From contig OZ004609.1 of the NCBI GenBank assembly GCA_963924565.1, positions 6,634,001 through 6,698,000 on the forward strand: 64,000 bases of DNA. Direction: 5' to 3'. The stretch's first letter is position 1. Each line of letters begins with the position of its first letter. The translations under genes were made by a program, and so were the position numbers. The stretch is from Ascidiella aspersa. Lineage: Eukaryota. The notes beneath the pieces were generated by a model. That model worked only from the letters and a program-made list of their open reading frames with translations. It made no database searches and had not been told where the DNA came from. Positions 49,799 to 63,850 of this stretch are shown here, one piece after another.

Positions 49799-51311
49799 AT
49801 GAAGGCGATTGTTTCTGTTTTGATTTCCTTGGCATTACTGGAAGTTGCACTGGCGGCAACCTTTTATCCAGGTAATAATTGTTAGATTAAAAATCGTTTA
49901 ATCTCAACGCACTTTAATAAATCATGTAGTAGAATTAATGACGAACATATCTTTCGCCACCCTAAACAAACTTTTTCTACAGCAACTTATCGCAAACTGG
50001 GCTGTTGGAAAGACAAAAGTGCAAGGGCGATTTACCCCTTGGAGGGAAAGCACGGTATCGTAGGAAACTACCATACAAGGACGTCGGCCATTCAAAAATG
50101 TGCTGTAGCTGCCTTTAAGCACCACAGCGATATTTTCAGTGTTCAGGTGAAATATGATGCAATCCAACAGGATTGCGTGCAATATGTTTACGATCAGAAT
50201 TATTACTATGTCGGGGTGTCTATTTAAGAAATTTTAGAACATCAGAAGTCACTAATCAAGGTTTTTGTTAATTTAAATTTCATAAAACAGTTATAATTTA
50301 ATCATAATATTTTTGGCTTGTGTTTAACATTTTGCTATAAGTGTGCTCAAATTGTTTAGTTTAAGATCCTTTTGCTTTCAGCACTGTTGTGCACTACTCC
50401 ACGCTGGGTAAACTTGGATTTTTGGTCAACCTCAGTTCAATGCGTTTGACTATTTTTTTAGAATGGCGGCCAATGCTTCGGTTCTTCTGGTAGCCGTTCC
50501 ACCTACGCAAGATACGGACCCTCCAATGCTTGTAAGCCTGATGGAGAAGGAGCTTACTGGGCAAACGAAGTCTACGAACTTAAGTCGATTGGAAAAGGTA
50601 AACAGCAGTTTCTTAGTATTGCAGACTGATTCGGAAAACAACTGAACAGTTCTACTAAGGATTATCGCCTTCCTTTTTTGAAAAGCACGTTTTTTTAACA
50701 GTAGAACAGCATTCATTGTACAGCAATCATGTATGCACACCAAGTGCACGCATTGCCTCTACACCTTGTCACCAACCATTAGATTGTACATAAGTTTTGC
50801 TGAAAGGCGTCCTATATCAGTTCGGTGTCCATCTGAAGAACGCACCCGTCATTATAATGATTGAGGACAAAAATTAATAGAATTTGGAAAAATATATTTT
50901 TTATATTTTTGGCTGAAGGAATTATCCAATTCCAACAATAAAAAAACAAAGCCTTTCTTTATGGTGGTTTCCATCACTTCAAAATTTGGCAAATTCGTTC
51001 CAGTTCACACTAGAAAGATGGGCTGCTGGAAGGATACTTCGAGAAGGGCGATTCCAGCCCTTGAGAAATTGGACGTCAACTTGGACGGGGAGTACAGCAA
51101 GAGAAAGGACGCCATTAGTAAGTGCGTGGCCGCAGCCTTCGACCGAGGCTATACCATGATCGCTGTGCAGAACGGTGGATGGTGCGGCGGGGCTAGAAAC
51201 GCTGAGCTGACCTACAAGAGATACGGATCGTCCAGGTCTTGCCGTTCTGACGGAGAAGGTGGCCCATGGGCTAATGAAGTCTACCAGCTCGATTACGAGT
51301 GGATCAAGTAG
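49799..51311 (+). CDS. Secreted protein with two tandem WSC-like domains, 226 aa (copy W3)
   Basis: Exons 49799-49871 (signal MKAIVSVLISLALLEVALA), 49983-50146, 50462-50597, 51004-51311; exon sizes identical to W1 (73/164/136/308); frame open. Confidence 0.9.
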
Positions 51312-51337
51312 GTTGAGAGGGTATATTGAATTTAAAG

Positions 51338-51927
51338 CAGGGAGTCGAGTCGTTTGACTTTTCCCGGCAGGTTGGGTTCTAGTTCAAGTATAGTTTTTCT
51401 AAGTACAGTTAAATTCCGGTTTCCGATAGAGGCAATTCAAATTTTCCGGTTTAGCTCCGGTTAGACCATTGTTATTTCGAAACCGGTTCATAAAGTTCCG
51501 GTTGAGATACACTATAAGTTGCGTTAAATCTAAAAAATGTGGGTCAATAAATGTAGAGAATTATTATTAAAATGTATCTCGCATGGAACCCAAGTTTCGT
51601 GGCGTACCCAAATAAAAAGCGAACAGCTTATCATTAAAATTAAAAAGCAACATTTTATTCGATAAATATTCGTTTTAGTAAATTTTTAACATGGAATAAC
51701 TTGAATTGCAATAAACAATTTGTGACGTCAGCTGGAGTGAATATTTTTTGGCAGGTTTGTGTTCGGTTAAGTCCGCGCTAGAAAAATTTAACAACCCAGC
51801 GTTACGTTGTTAACTGAAAAACTTTTAAACAGACATCAGTTTTTTCAAAATAGTTCGTTCGGTAACGTTTTGGAAAAAAATGTCCCAAAACCGGTTCGGT
51901 TAGGGTTCGGTTCGGTTCGACGCCCTG
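51338..51927. mobile_element. hAT-like MITE in the W3 3' UTR
   Basis: cagggagtcga...tcgacgccctg; near-TSD aatttaaag/aatttaag; cggtt-rich like 6917-7308. Confidence 0.75.
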
Positions 51928-54900
51928 AATTTAAGTGCAGAATTAATTTTGCCGCACTAAACAAGTGATATAATGTAAACTGCACAAATTAGGGTCGAGA
52001 ATTTATCATATTCACATTTTTTTGGCGTATGTATTATTAAAATTACATTTTCCATTCATAGTTTGCCCTAAATTTTGTAAAAGACGTAACCAATACACTT
52101 TCATTATTAAAAAAAATCGCTGTTGGCCCAGAACAACATTTACCATTGAAGTAAAATTGTTTGCTTGAATTAATCCGACTGGTTTTTCGGTCATACTTTA
52201 AGCACACTTGGATCCAAAAATCAGTAAGATTTTTTAGAAATGGGTTAAATCAAAAACTAAAAACATTTCGAGCAGTTGTATGATTGGTAAATAAAAGTAA
52301 GAAAACACATCTATTTTGAAAATAGGCAAAATGTGTTTCTTTCGTGTTCGCATCTCGCTAACTTTATCATTTTGTATATTTTTACAGAAACTACGAGTGA
52401 GGGGAAAAAGAAAGAAGGCATCGATATTATCGTACCACTTTGCTTTTGCGTTTTCATATTAACCGCTGCATTTTAAACGTATAATTACCAATTACTATAC
52501 TAATTATGATGTATCTCAATTTTTTATTACAATAGTGGAGTACACATTATGTGATTCGGTGCCGTTTTGGGGTTTGTGTTTGTTAGATTTGTTTCTTTGG
52601 CGAAATATTTTGTAGTCTAGAAGCTGGCAAAAGTTTTTAGTCAAACTTTACTTTCGACATTTTAAAACGGTCGACTAATAATAAACCGTGGCATAATTTG
52701 AAAATTTAAATTTAATTATTTTAAAATAAATAAGCGCCCATTTTTACCAATCCAACAACTAGGTATTGTTTGTTCCAATTTGCCCTGGCAACTGACAAAT
52801 CAAGGTTACATGTCATTAAAACTGATGATTTATCGAAATCAAACAAATAAAATGACAAGAGGTGAACCACAATCCCTGTAACACAAATCGGCTGGTAAGG
52901 TTAAAAGGTTTTAGAAATGTTTAAATAACCTTTGTGTTTGGAAACAGTTCGAGCAATTTAAAAAGCCCCCGGTTATTAAGTGGTGAAAATAATAGTCGAT
53001 TTGGCTTTTTTAGAGTTTTATTGTTTAATCAGCAAACAGCTTTATGTATCTTTAGAATAAAAACTCGCAATAAAAAGTTATAGGTACAAATTACGAGGAC
53101 CTTATTAGGACACTCGCCATGCACCTTCCCACCAAACTGTAATTTTTACCTATTTTAACGGCGTTAAAGCAAAATCATTTTTAAGGATTAGCGTTGCAGT
53201 ATGACTAACCCCACTTAAAAAAAACGTTTTAACCCAAAGGCGTCTAGCGTCTCATCGCATCATTAAAACAATACTGCTGGCAACTTAAACGAAATAAAAG
53301 CACTTTATTCTTTTTTTGATAATATCTGTGATAATCTGTAATATGTAGCTTTAGCATTGAAAGTAACACCTCTCCAACCTAAGACTTAAAAATACGAACT
53401 TTCTATGTGTTATTAACATTAACGTTTTAAGACGCCATGTTAAATGTAACTTTATGACGTCACGTTTTGACGTAAGTTGATGACGTCATCTCAAACAAAA
53501 ATTCATGCCTCCCCCTAAACTAAAATCCGAGATCCACGCCTGCTAAACACGAACCGTGAGCTAAAGCCAATAACTGAGATTGCTTGAGTGGTTACAATAT
53601 GGACTTGCTAAGCGCCACTATTTAGCTTAGTCAGTCCTAATTTTGAGGTCTTTCTTCCAGCGTCCCAATAAGTCAAGCAAAATCCCCTGTTTTTTCGTCA
53701 GCTAACATTCCTCTTATACATGACACGCCATGACGCGGTCATAGCTTGTTGCGAACGGCCTTAAGTCAAACTTGGTGAAGAGATTTTCCTGATGTGCGTT
53801 CTATTTCTTAAATATAACTGCAAATGTAACGTTAATTTGGCGTACAATTTGTCTGATAATTGTTTAGCTAGAACAGTAGCCGTATGCTATAAGTAGGATT
53901 TATTGTTGCACCTTCTTAAATATCAATAAAGGCAGCCTATAATATGTACCAACAAGTATAATGGGGCAGTTTTGGCAACTCCCCAAATCGTTGTTTTAGT
54001 TTTAATTTTTGTTAGGCCTGTACTGTACCTAAACTCATATTAAATTAAAGTGTAGCGTAACCGGAAATTTTCACGACGCGGATAAAACAGCTTAAAAAAT
54101 AAGCCCCAATGCAAGAGGTTTTGTTTGTTCTAAATTGCCTTGGCAACTGACAACTCAAAAATGTTAGCCTACTTGTCGTTAAAACTTAAGCCGTATCGAT
54201 ATCCAACAAATAAAATGAGGAGACGGGGATGACAATTCAGTTGGTAAGGTTTTAAAACATCGGTTAATCTTAAAAGATTTTTAAAATGTTTAAATAACCT
54301 TTTTGGTTAGAAACCATGAAGCCTTAAAAAGCTCCCGGTTCCTGGAAGTCGTGAAAGTAATAATCGATTTGGGTCGTCCAAAGTTTTATTGTTTAATCAG
54401 CACACAGCTTCATGTATCCTTACTTAGAGTGAAAGCTCAATTTTGGACGACGTTATTCAGCACATTATATCTACAGACATCACATCACCTAGATATGAGA
54501 AAATCCTACTGTACCTTTATGAGAAAACATTATGGAATAAAGACTTGATGAAAAAAAAATTTTTTTTTTATGTCCTAAGATGTAAAATAAGAGGGATTAT
54601 GTAAGTCAACAAGGTTGGTTTCTCTAGAATTCATTACACTAGTTTTTCGTTTCGTTTACTACATTTTGTTGATTTCAGTAAAACAATAAAGTTGTAGCAT
54701 AAATGCAAACTTTAAAAGCACAGTTTAATTGTATTTCAATATTTTGAACCCGCACCCCTAAAAATTTTGCAATTAACAAAAGCAATTAAAGACATAGCCA
54801 ATTTAAGATTCCTTTTATAGAAATTGAAACCAAAGTGATACTTTAACATCCAATCAGATATTAGGCAGGACTAAGGCAATTTTTAGGAGGCTGTTATTCT

Positions 54901-56939
54901 TTAATGACGTATTGGAGCTGTATCGACTTCGAATGAAGATAAAATGTGTCAAAATAGATTTTTTTAGGTAAAAATTGTAGCTGAGAATTCTAAAACAATA
55001 AGGATAATTGCGTAACAAATTTTGCACAACATAGAAAGCAAAACAACTTAAAAAAATTGGTTTCATGGTTACATGCCTTCTGAATGCGCCCCTGTAGTAG
55101 ACAAGTAAATTTATTTTACCGAAAACTGCTTCCATTTGTGTTAATCAGTGGTCTTTACATTTTTAATTTCATGTGATGACACCTGACGATTCATGGAATA
55201 CTATAGTGTTCATCGGAACACCAATTAAAATCACTGCATTGGCTAATAATGTTTATCAACTAATGAACGTCCACATTGTGGATTTGAACTTTCGATTAGT
55301 AATTGTACAGTAAGGTTTTCAACTTTTAATTGTTATAAATTGTTTTACGATGTTTGTGGATATTGAGAAGACAAAAATGATCCGCCAGGTTATAAAATTA
55401 ACGACCACTGCTTTCGAATATGTAAAAAAAATTGAAAAATGAATATTTTTACACCTATATAACAACGATAACTTGCTTTGCAGCGCCGTAATATTCATTA
55501 TTACTTCCACATGTCTCTTATTGAAACTTAATGTTTAAAACCCTTGTTCACCCTTTTATATGTTGCGGCCTTTACGTATTACAGTGTAATTTTAAATTTT
55601 TGTAGTCTTTTCAAACAGTATATCTTTCAAATCAATGCCTGTTGAGTTAGTATCATACCTTGGCTGCTAGTTAATAACCTGATTTCAACTGTACAAAGGC
55701 TTTTGAATTTTGTATGGTTGTAAACAATTCTTTTGTAAATCAACTTAAGTCCCAATCAAGTTAAGTCATAATTATAGCAAGTCATTCTCAGGTCAAGTCC
55801 TTGTGATAAAAAGGGAACGTTAAACTACTAAAATTTGTAAACTAACTCAATTACGAGTAATAAAACAACTAAAATTTAACAAAAGACGCAACATATACAA
55901 GCAAATTGGTATATGTAGAAAAATTATGATATATAACCGAATTTTATAAAAAAATTGGTTGAAAACACCTTATAACCCAGGTCGTTTTTCCGAAAGACTT
56001 CAGTCAAGGCACGTTATTTGCCCAAAAGACTTAAGTCAAGGTAAGTCCTTTTTTCCAAATGATGAGGTCAAGTCTAGTTATTTGAAAACAGTGACTTAGG
56101 TCAAGCCATTGACTTAAGGTTTTAAGTCATTGCAACGTTGAAATTTTGGATCACACAGACGAAAACTGTCTTTGAGGCGCAACAATATTCGTTACATTTT
56201 GGTGTCAAGCTTCTGTACTGAAAACACCTATAGCTTGGCGACTGTTATAACAACATGTATTTCGGTGCGGAAATCTCTACTGCAGCCGTAACTTCACGCA
56301 GCCAAAATAAATTTCGATTTCATTACCCACTGACGCACACCCATTGCTGCACCCTTGTAAAAACATGTTTACGTCGCTCTGGCCCTCCCTAACGTTCAGC
56401 TGTGTTGGATCACGGCCACATTGGACTCTTAGGGGAATCGGTATGCTTTGTGGGATGCAGTCCAATCGACAGCTTTTAATTTAGCAGCGCCCTCAGTGTC
56501 GCTTACGTGCCTTACGGCCTGTCTCCTATGAGACACCACAATTGGAATTTACATGCGTCAATCAAAATACAAGTCGATAAAGAGGGTATTTCCAACTTTT
56601 TTTTGGACTACTGTGTCAATCTAGGTTTTAAATAGGGTGCAGTTCGAAACCAGAGCTTTTTGTTTGCTTGACTGTTATCTCGGGTTTATAAAAAGCGTTT
56701 TTCTATTGTTTGTACCAATAATAATGGTATTATTTAAACATTTTTGTATGTTGAATTTTAGCGGTTATTAAAGTAGGACAATTTTGAACGGTGCCAGCAA
56801 CCGACCGTAAGTTGAATGTTTTCTAGCCTGTTGTGATATCCGCAAAAACTATTATTGCTTTTAGTTTTGATAAATGAGTATTCCCTTATACAGTTTAAAT
56901 AAACTGAGGTACGCTATGCACGGACCTGTAATGTTGCCT

Positions 56940-57075
56940 AATAGTGAATTGCAAAGCCAAAAAGTTCGAGTAAATCGACATCATCTTGATTAAGGTATTT
57001 CGATACGAGCTTGTATCATCATAAGTTAACACTAACTACTCGATTTTCTTGGCTTTGCGATTCATTGTGAAGCTA
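56940..57075 (-). mobile_element. ORF-less Penelope-terminus mini-element (decayed hammerhead)
   Basis: Homologous to 8096-8192, followed by the inverted tail ctactcgattttcttggctttgcgattcattg; core mutated (CTTATGA..GAAATACC). Confidence 0.75.
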
Positions 57076-57649
57076 CAGTTTAAATAGGTATTCCAGTTAA
57101 CGCATCCATTCTATACTTATGAATGCTGTTACCTGCCTTGTGGTTTGGTTTTAAGCTTTATATTAAAAAAACACGGCTACTCCATATGATTCGCACCTGT
57201 AACGAACAGTGTATGATGAGTCAAGTAAACAAATTACATTCTTGATTTGTTTTTTTGTTTTCTTTTTTATAACCTGAAGGAAACTTTTTTAGAATTGTGG
57301 GTTTTGGACTTGCTTAAATACAGCGATTTGTGTTGAGTTACCTTAAACCAAGCAACAACGGCTACAGTTTTCTAATTGAAAGTGCAATACCAATGTATTT
57401 TTTTCATAATGGTAATCATTTTTTAAAAGCACATTTTTTAAGTCTGGTGATACAAAACTGTTCGTTTAACCGCATCTGTTTAATTGTCTAACAACACGCT
57501 AGCTGTCTTTAATTTTTGGTTTGATGTCATGATCAACAAATAATTGTGAAGTTTGGTGACTGCTTTATTTGAAGATGTTTGTTTGAGGCAAGATAAAAAG
57601 CGATCGAAATAAAGTTGGCAATACATTTGGGCACATCAACAAAACATGG

Positions 57650-60600
57650 TTAACTGAGTTGTGTAGAGACAGGGCGAATATTGCTTCCATTTGAACTTCC
57701 GTGAACATCTAGGAATAAGCATAAGAGGAAATAGGATTAATAAAATAATCGTTAATTACGTAATCTAATTGTGCAAAGTCCAGACAATTTGAAACCTAAC
57801 TAAGAAATTTATTTCTACCCCCAAATAGTAAAGCCAAAAAACACGCAACAAAAAAGGTTGCTAATCGTTGGTAAAAAAAATTCTGCACTTATAGTTTGAT
57901 ATACCAAAAGTTGATGGTTTCAAATAGTGTTGGTCCCGTGTAATTCAATTAGACAGGTATTTTTATCAAACCAAATTCCATTTATCTGGGTAAAGCGATT
58001 TTTTCTGTAAATCTCTATATACGAACTTAATTCTTGAAAAAATGACAATAACCCTTTTTTGCCGAGGTTAACATCTGAACTCATAATGCTAAAGGAACCT
58101 AACGGACAAATGTATTGCGTAAACAGGCTACATTATACATAAACATAGAAAACGAACTTAAACATTCTTTATTTTGGTGCGCAAAATGAGTTACAACATT
58201 CTATTGTAAGTTTTAGCCAAAGTTTCAAATTATCTGATCAGCTCTTTGTATTTAGTAAACCTACAAAATCAAGTCCCGTATATTGTCAGTAAAAATGCCA
58301 TAAAGACATATATGTTGAGAACAAAGTCGCTCTGTCCTATTTTAATAGCACCTAACCAAAAATGGAAGACTTATTTTTTTAAAGCAACTTACTCGAACCG
58401 TGATTCGACGGCGTACCACGAATTTCGCTTCTTTTGAAGATCTTCAGAACATAATTGCGCAACGATTGTCGAAAGGTACGATCGTAAATGCTGTACACCA
58501 TCACGTTACCGAATCTAAAAAAAAAATACAGTGTTTGACGAAATGTCTTATGCTGAGAAACCTTTAAGCTGCAAACCGGTCTCAAATTTCACCAGTTTAA
58601 AGCAGTATATTATAATGGAAATTGATTCAGCAGACTACCAAATTGTTTTAGTTTAACCTGACCGACCACCTTTCCATTATTTATGATAAAATGGCCTATA
58701 AAGTCACCGCGGTCCTTAATCCAATTTTTCGTTGAGTTGTGCATATTTTATATTTGAATAGCTAAAGTTTTACGGAATACATTTGCTTAGCAGGTGATCA
58801 CAGTGATTTATAGAAGATCTATTACTCTATAATTAGGCGCGTCATCAATTTTTGTTTTGTTATTCCCGTTTCGTTGTAAACCAAAACTAGCCCCTGGAAG
58901 TAAAGAAATCCAGAAGTTCGAGCCAAAAAACGTGTAACAGTAGCCTAATGGTGCTTAGCGGTTTTGCCTTTGATCATTGCGCATCTGGAGCATTGAAGTA
59001 AACAAGTTATTGAAGAGAAAGTCATTTCTCATTCAAGTGACTTAAGCGAAAGGAAACCAAAACTATAATTTCAGTCAAATGAGAATGGCCATTGCGTAAC
59101 TGAATAGCACTGCAACCTGACCAGGTTGTGACGTCATCGATTCGTCATCGGCAACGCGTTATTCTGTCAGCACTAGTCATACTGACGAAGCAAGTTATTG
59201 GTAAATTACACCGAAAATTTCCACATGGTCATGAATAATTTAAAAGTCCGACGAGGGAATCGAATAGAAATGATTTGACTTTTTCCAACAATGTAGATGA
59301 TACAGAAGCTATATCTATTATTTGAACACATCAAACCAAACAACTTATTTTGTTAAAGCAATAAATAAAATGCCATTTGTTGATAGTACCAAGCAGCACG
59401 TATTGAAATAGCGTTGACATAGCGTTTCGAAATGTAAAGGCAATGCTATTCTGATTAGAAAAACAAGCTTTGGAATCAATAGGCTTTCTTTGGTCGCACG
59501 TATATTTAAAGCTTAAAGAGCAGTGTGGCTAAAAACACGGTGTTGATACGTAGGTCTTATGGCCATTTAAAAGCAGTCAGGTGTATCTGACGCGCAAGAT
59601 TGTGAAACGTCTGTACTTACCCGCCTGAAAGGGCCAGGTAGAAGCACAAGAAAGCTGGCACCGACATTGTTGCACACGTCAAATAACCGGTGGCGAACAA
59701 GAAAAGAAATATAACTTCGGGGGCTGAAAAATTAAAACACCTATAACTAATAAATAACATAAATTTATTGGCTTTTTCGCAATTAATGATGTAAATGGTG
59801 GTAAACTGGTACAAGTACAGAGTTGTCCTTAACTGTTTAAAATCACGTGGCCTATGGTTATCCTCATTGTCAAATATTCGTTAGTTATATTTTTAAGGCA
59901 AAAAATAAACAGCAAGGCTAATATCAACACACGCCATTTCCAGGGTCACTTGGAGGAACTTATTCTTTATTTTATATGACTTGATAGTATTTATACATTT
60001 CCGAAAAAAATCTTGCAACATGTTAAGGGCGAGTTGTGGAAGTTTAAGATGTAGGCCTAATCTTTACAGAGAATTGCAATATTATGCCATATGTGCGGAT
60101 ATTTGTATTACAATACATAACAGCAAAGATATAATATTAAATCTTTTCAAATCCTCCCCCAATTTTGCATTCTGCTTGTTTGTTTTTAACTTAATTTGTG
60201 TTTTAATGACTTAAATATACTTTATCTTAATTATGCAACCACGCTGGAGCATATTAAAAGCCTTTAGATATATCGCTGGAATACGAACGAATAGTTTACC
60301 CGCGCCCATACACCAGAACTAAATAACTTTGGACCATTTTTTTTTGGATGAATTAAACTTATCAAGTATAGGATATTAAAAACATACCAACTGTAATTTT
60401 TTTGTTTTCAAATACACTATTGCATCTATTTACAAAACCGAGTTATATTATTAAAGATCCAGGACGCATAGTCAACCAGCGTCAAATTACCAATAGTGGC
60501 TGTGAAGTTGAGAAACATCATAAAACTCAGGCGGCAAGCCACTAAATCCGCCGCAATTAATTCCGATTGGCTCTGGTTGCTTCCTCGCAGCTTACGTGAC

Positions 60601-63174
60601 TTATGGCGCGCCTTGCGTGCCTTGATTGACGTCAGCGTGTTGAGGGTTGCCTAAAAACAACATCACGGCGTTATGTAGCTATGGCGAAGAAGCTAAACAA
60701 AACAAATGTTGTGGACAAACATGAGGTCAAATACAGGGGAGTTCTTACCCCGGCCAAAATTATTTATTTATTTTGATATTTTACTTCCATTCTAACAGAC
60801 ATGGTATCAGCCATTTTTGGTATTTGACTTTTGGGCGCCGTGGTAGTCTTAACGGATGTAAGTCTTAGTTAGGTATTAGTCGTATTCCGAAATGTGTTTT
60901 CTGCAACCTTGATGCTGTAATAATTGCGATATTATAACTAAACTACATTTTTCAGCAATCTATGTTTCGCTATAAAACAAGCATTTCGACGTTATAGAAA
61001 GCAAATAGTTCATAGATAAACAAATGCCTTTCTAAAAGGTTTAGGGCACCTTTGCTGTAGGATTTTAAAACTAAAACAGGTCAGGATTTTTATAGTATAC
61101 TATAGGTTTTGAATAGATATTAAGTGGACATTTAATCTAGGAATACAAAGAGGTTATTAAGTTGTATTATTTGAAAGATTAGCCGGCCGTGTCCGATTTT
61201 TCGCCTTGGGTAACGTAAAAAATTATATAAACTGCACACATGGTAAAACAGAAACACAACTTATCACTCACGATTATAATGTAGGGCACCACGTTGAAGA
61301 CCACAACGCCGATGAGGTTGTGCGTTGTGATGGAGCCAGGAGCAAACACCATAAGAAACTGGAATATTTCTGGGTTGTAGGAAAATGTAACGTCCTCAGT
61401 AAAGTAAGCCTGATGTATATTGGCAGAGATTTCGAAAAGCAGTGTTGTAATGGCTTAAGTCAATGGATTTACTTAAGGGCACTTAAATCACTATTTTGAA
61501 ATAACTTGACGTTTTGGTAAAATACCTTGACTTGACTTAGTCTTTCGGACAAAGGACTTGACTGGGACTTAAGTCATTTAGTCAAATGACTTGGATTAAA
61601 ATGAAGTGTTTTATTTAACATATTGTCATAAAATAGAGTTATTCATTTTTTTTTAGTTTTCTAAAGGTTTGTCGTTTTATTTTGATATCAGTGATTTGAC
61701 TTAGAGATGACTTGCTTTAATAATGACTTGGAATGGAACTTGGCTTGTTATTTTTTTGAAAGACTTCAATTAATATACAAATAACTTGACTGGGAGTTAA
61801 GTCATTTTTAAAAGACTTGTTAACAACATCGAATCTTGCAGGGTTACGGTAGTGCGCGTGAAGCTTATTTAAAGGTTAGTGAAACGAAATTGTTGCCAAA
61901 ATGTCCCCTGGTGGCATTTAAAGCAAGCTGGAACCCAAATGTCCTAAACACGATTAATCCCGGTAAAGCTTTTCCAAGGAAAAAAGTGTTTGTCTGATAA
62001 CTAGGCATCCTATCACCGAGTAAGGCGCGACAGATTAAGAGCACGGCATTTCAAAAAAGATTTCCAATATTATTGGTTCGGAACTAATACCTGATACAAA
62101 GTAGTTGTATCGGTCTTTGTCCGATACCCGTGGTATCGGTGCCTATCGGATAACGAAAACATTGTTTTGTAAGCCAACGAAATGTTTTTCAGCTTGAAAT
62201 AAAGGTCTCGCAAAAAGTATTAACGATTAAAAGAAAATTAACGAATTTCCTGAAGCTAAACTATTTTTTTCTCAGTTATCTAAAAAAAAGCATTTTTATC
62301 TATAACTTCATTATTTAGTACTATTGTAAACAACTCAATTTGAAATGACTTGAGTGTACGCCAAGTAAAGTAGTTTTAAATAAAAAACAAAGAGCCAGTC
62401 CAAGTCACGTTTCAGTCAAGCCATAATTAATGCAAACCAAGTCCTTGTCATAAAAAACGTTATACTATTAAAATCGGTTGCCTCGTACGATTAGGATCAA
62501 AAACTGAACTAAAACATAAGAAAAAGGCAACATATAGCAAGCAAATTGTTTTATGCGCTAAAATTAATATAAATACCTCAATTTAAAAAAAAGTTAAACA
62601 AAAACACAGCATTTCCACCCAAGACAAATAAATTTTATAAGACTTAAGTCAAATCAAGTTTGTTGATAACAGTGACTTATGTGCACTTAAGTTAAGACAT
62701 TAGGTCATTGACTTAAGTTATTACAATACTGTTAATTGGGCTTATTTACAACCTGGTGAAAACGTCATTAGTTATCGGACTTAACTAAAGGATGTAGCTT
62801 TATATACCGAAGATTGGTTTTGGACATCCCTGTTAGCCGGTATAGCTTATAATTTGGCACAAAACACAAGCCCAATAACCTACTGGCAATGGACGAAGTG
62901 ACGAGAATTAGCAGCCAAATGGCGGCCAGGTGAACGGCCGTATGTCTCTTCGACATTCCCCTGTACTTGAATGGGTAGCGGATTGCCAGAAACCTCTGTG
63001 TGCTCATGTAGAGTAGGTGGAAGACTGAAGAGACGAAAATGAAGAAGAAGAAGGATCCTCCGACAGAGGCAAGGACGCTACCACGAGAGGTGACCACCCA
63101 GATGTACAGTTCCGTAGAAGTAAGGTCTAAAGTTCTGATGAGATGTGGTACGCTCACAGTGAACATTCCGAGAC
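57650..63174 (-). CDS. Divergent class A (rhodopsin-like) orphan GPCR, TM2 to C-terminus (5' exons not seen)
   Basis: Exons 63174-62884 (SVFHLLYMSTQRFLAIRYPFKY..AIWLL), 61409-61272 (ECL2/TM5 ..VVPYIII), 60650-60491 (ICL3/TM6), 59723-59621, 58514-58393 (GNVMVYSIYDRTFR), 57708-57650 (stop). All junctions are phase-compatible except 62884/61409. Confidence 0.8.
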
Positions 63175-63850
63175 CTTTATGCAGTTGTGGTTATAAGGTT
63201 GTATAAGAGTATTGGTGTGCGAAACTTTGGAGTACTTAACCGCTTGACGAAACTCTAGTTGTTTTTTTTTAATTTAGGTTTGCTAAAAAATTATTTGATT
63301 TCTAAGCCATGTAAAGTCACGTATATAGTCACCAGTGTAGGCTACAACGACCTACGTCGATTAGATAATTGTTTTTAAAAGAATCCATCACAGATTTAAT
63401 TTCCCTGTTAAAAAGTTAAACATAATTTAAAATCCACTAACATTCAGCGTTCATCGATCACAAGGCTATATTGTTATTTAACACACTTACCAAAAAAATA
63501 GTTATGCCAGATATTATATAAAATGTAATAAAAATTAACAGCTATTTGTTACGTGTTTGGTGTATAGCATCGCTTTGAATATAATGGGCTCAATAATTTG
63601 TAACTTTAACGTATAATGTTGATGCCAATGCTTTAATTTGCATTTTATTGCTTTGGTACCGACTTGGAAGGGTAATTGGCTTGTTATTTTTAATAATTAC
63701 ATGATTTGGACTTGGCTATAGTTTGCAAATAAGTTATTATGGACTTAAAATCATTTAACAAATAGCTTGACTTGTTATTTGTTAAAAATGACTTTACATG
63801 GAATTGAGTTAATTTGCAAATGTGTTAACTGGGACTTGCATCATTTAGCA

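Larger units (their letters stand above)
48830..54430 (+). repeat. Three degenerate direct copies of a 350-600 bp non-coding block
   Basis: Shared motifs (ttgtttgttct..ttg..ttggcaact.acaa; caaataaaatga; ggctggtaaggttaaaaggtttt; taatcagca) at ~48830-49280, ~52725-53070 and ~53725-54430. Confidence 0.75.

Noticed and set aside
56277-56520. GC-richer island with a short ORF
   Set aside because: No recognisable motif, splice frame or repeat structure could be supported.
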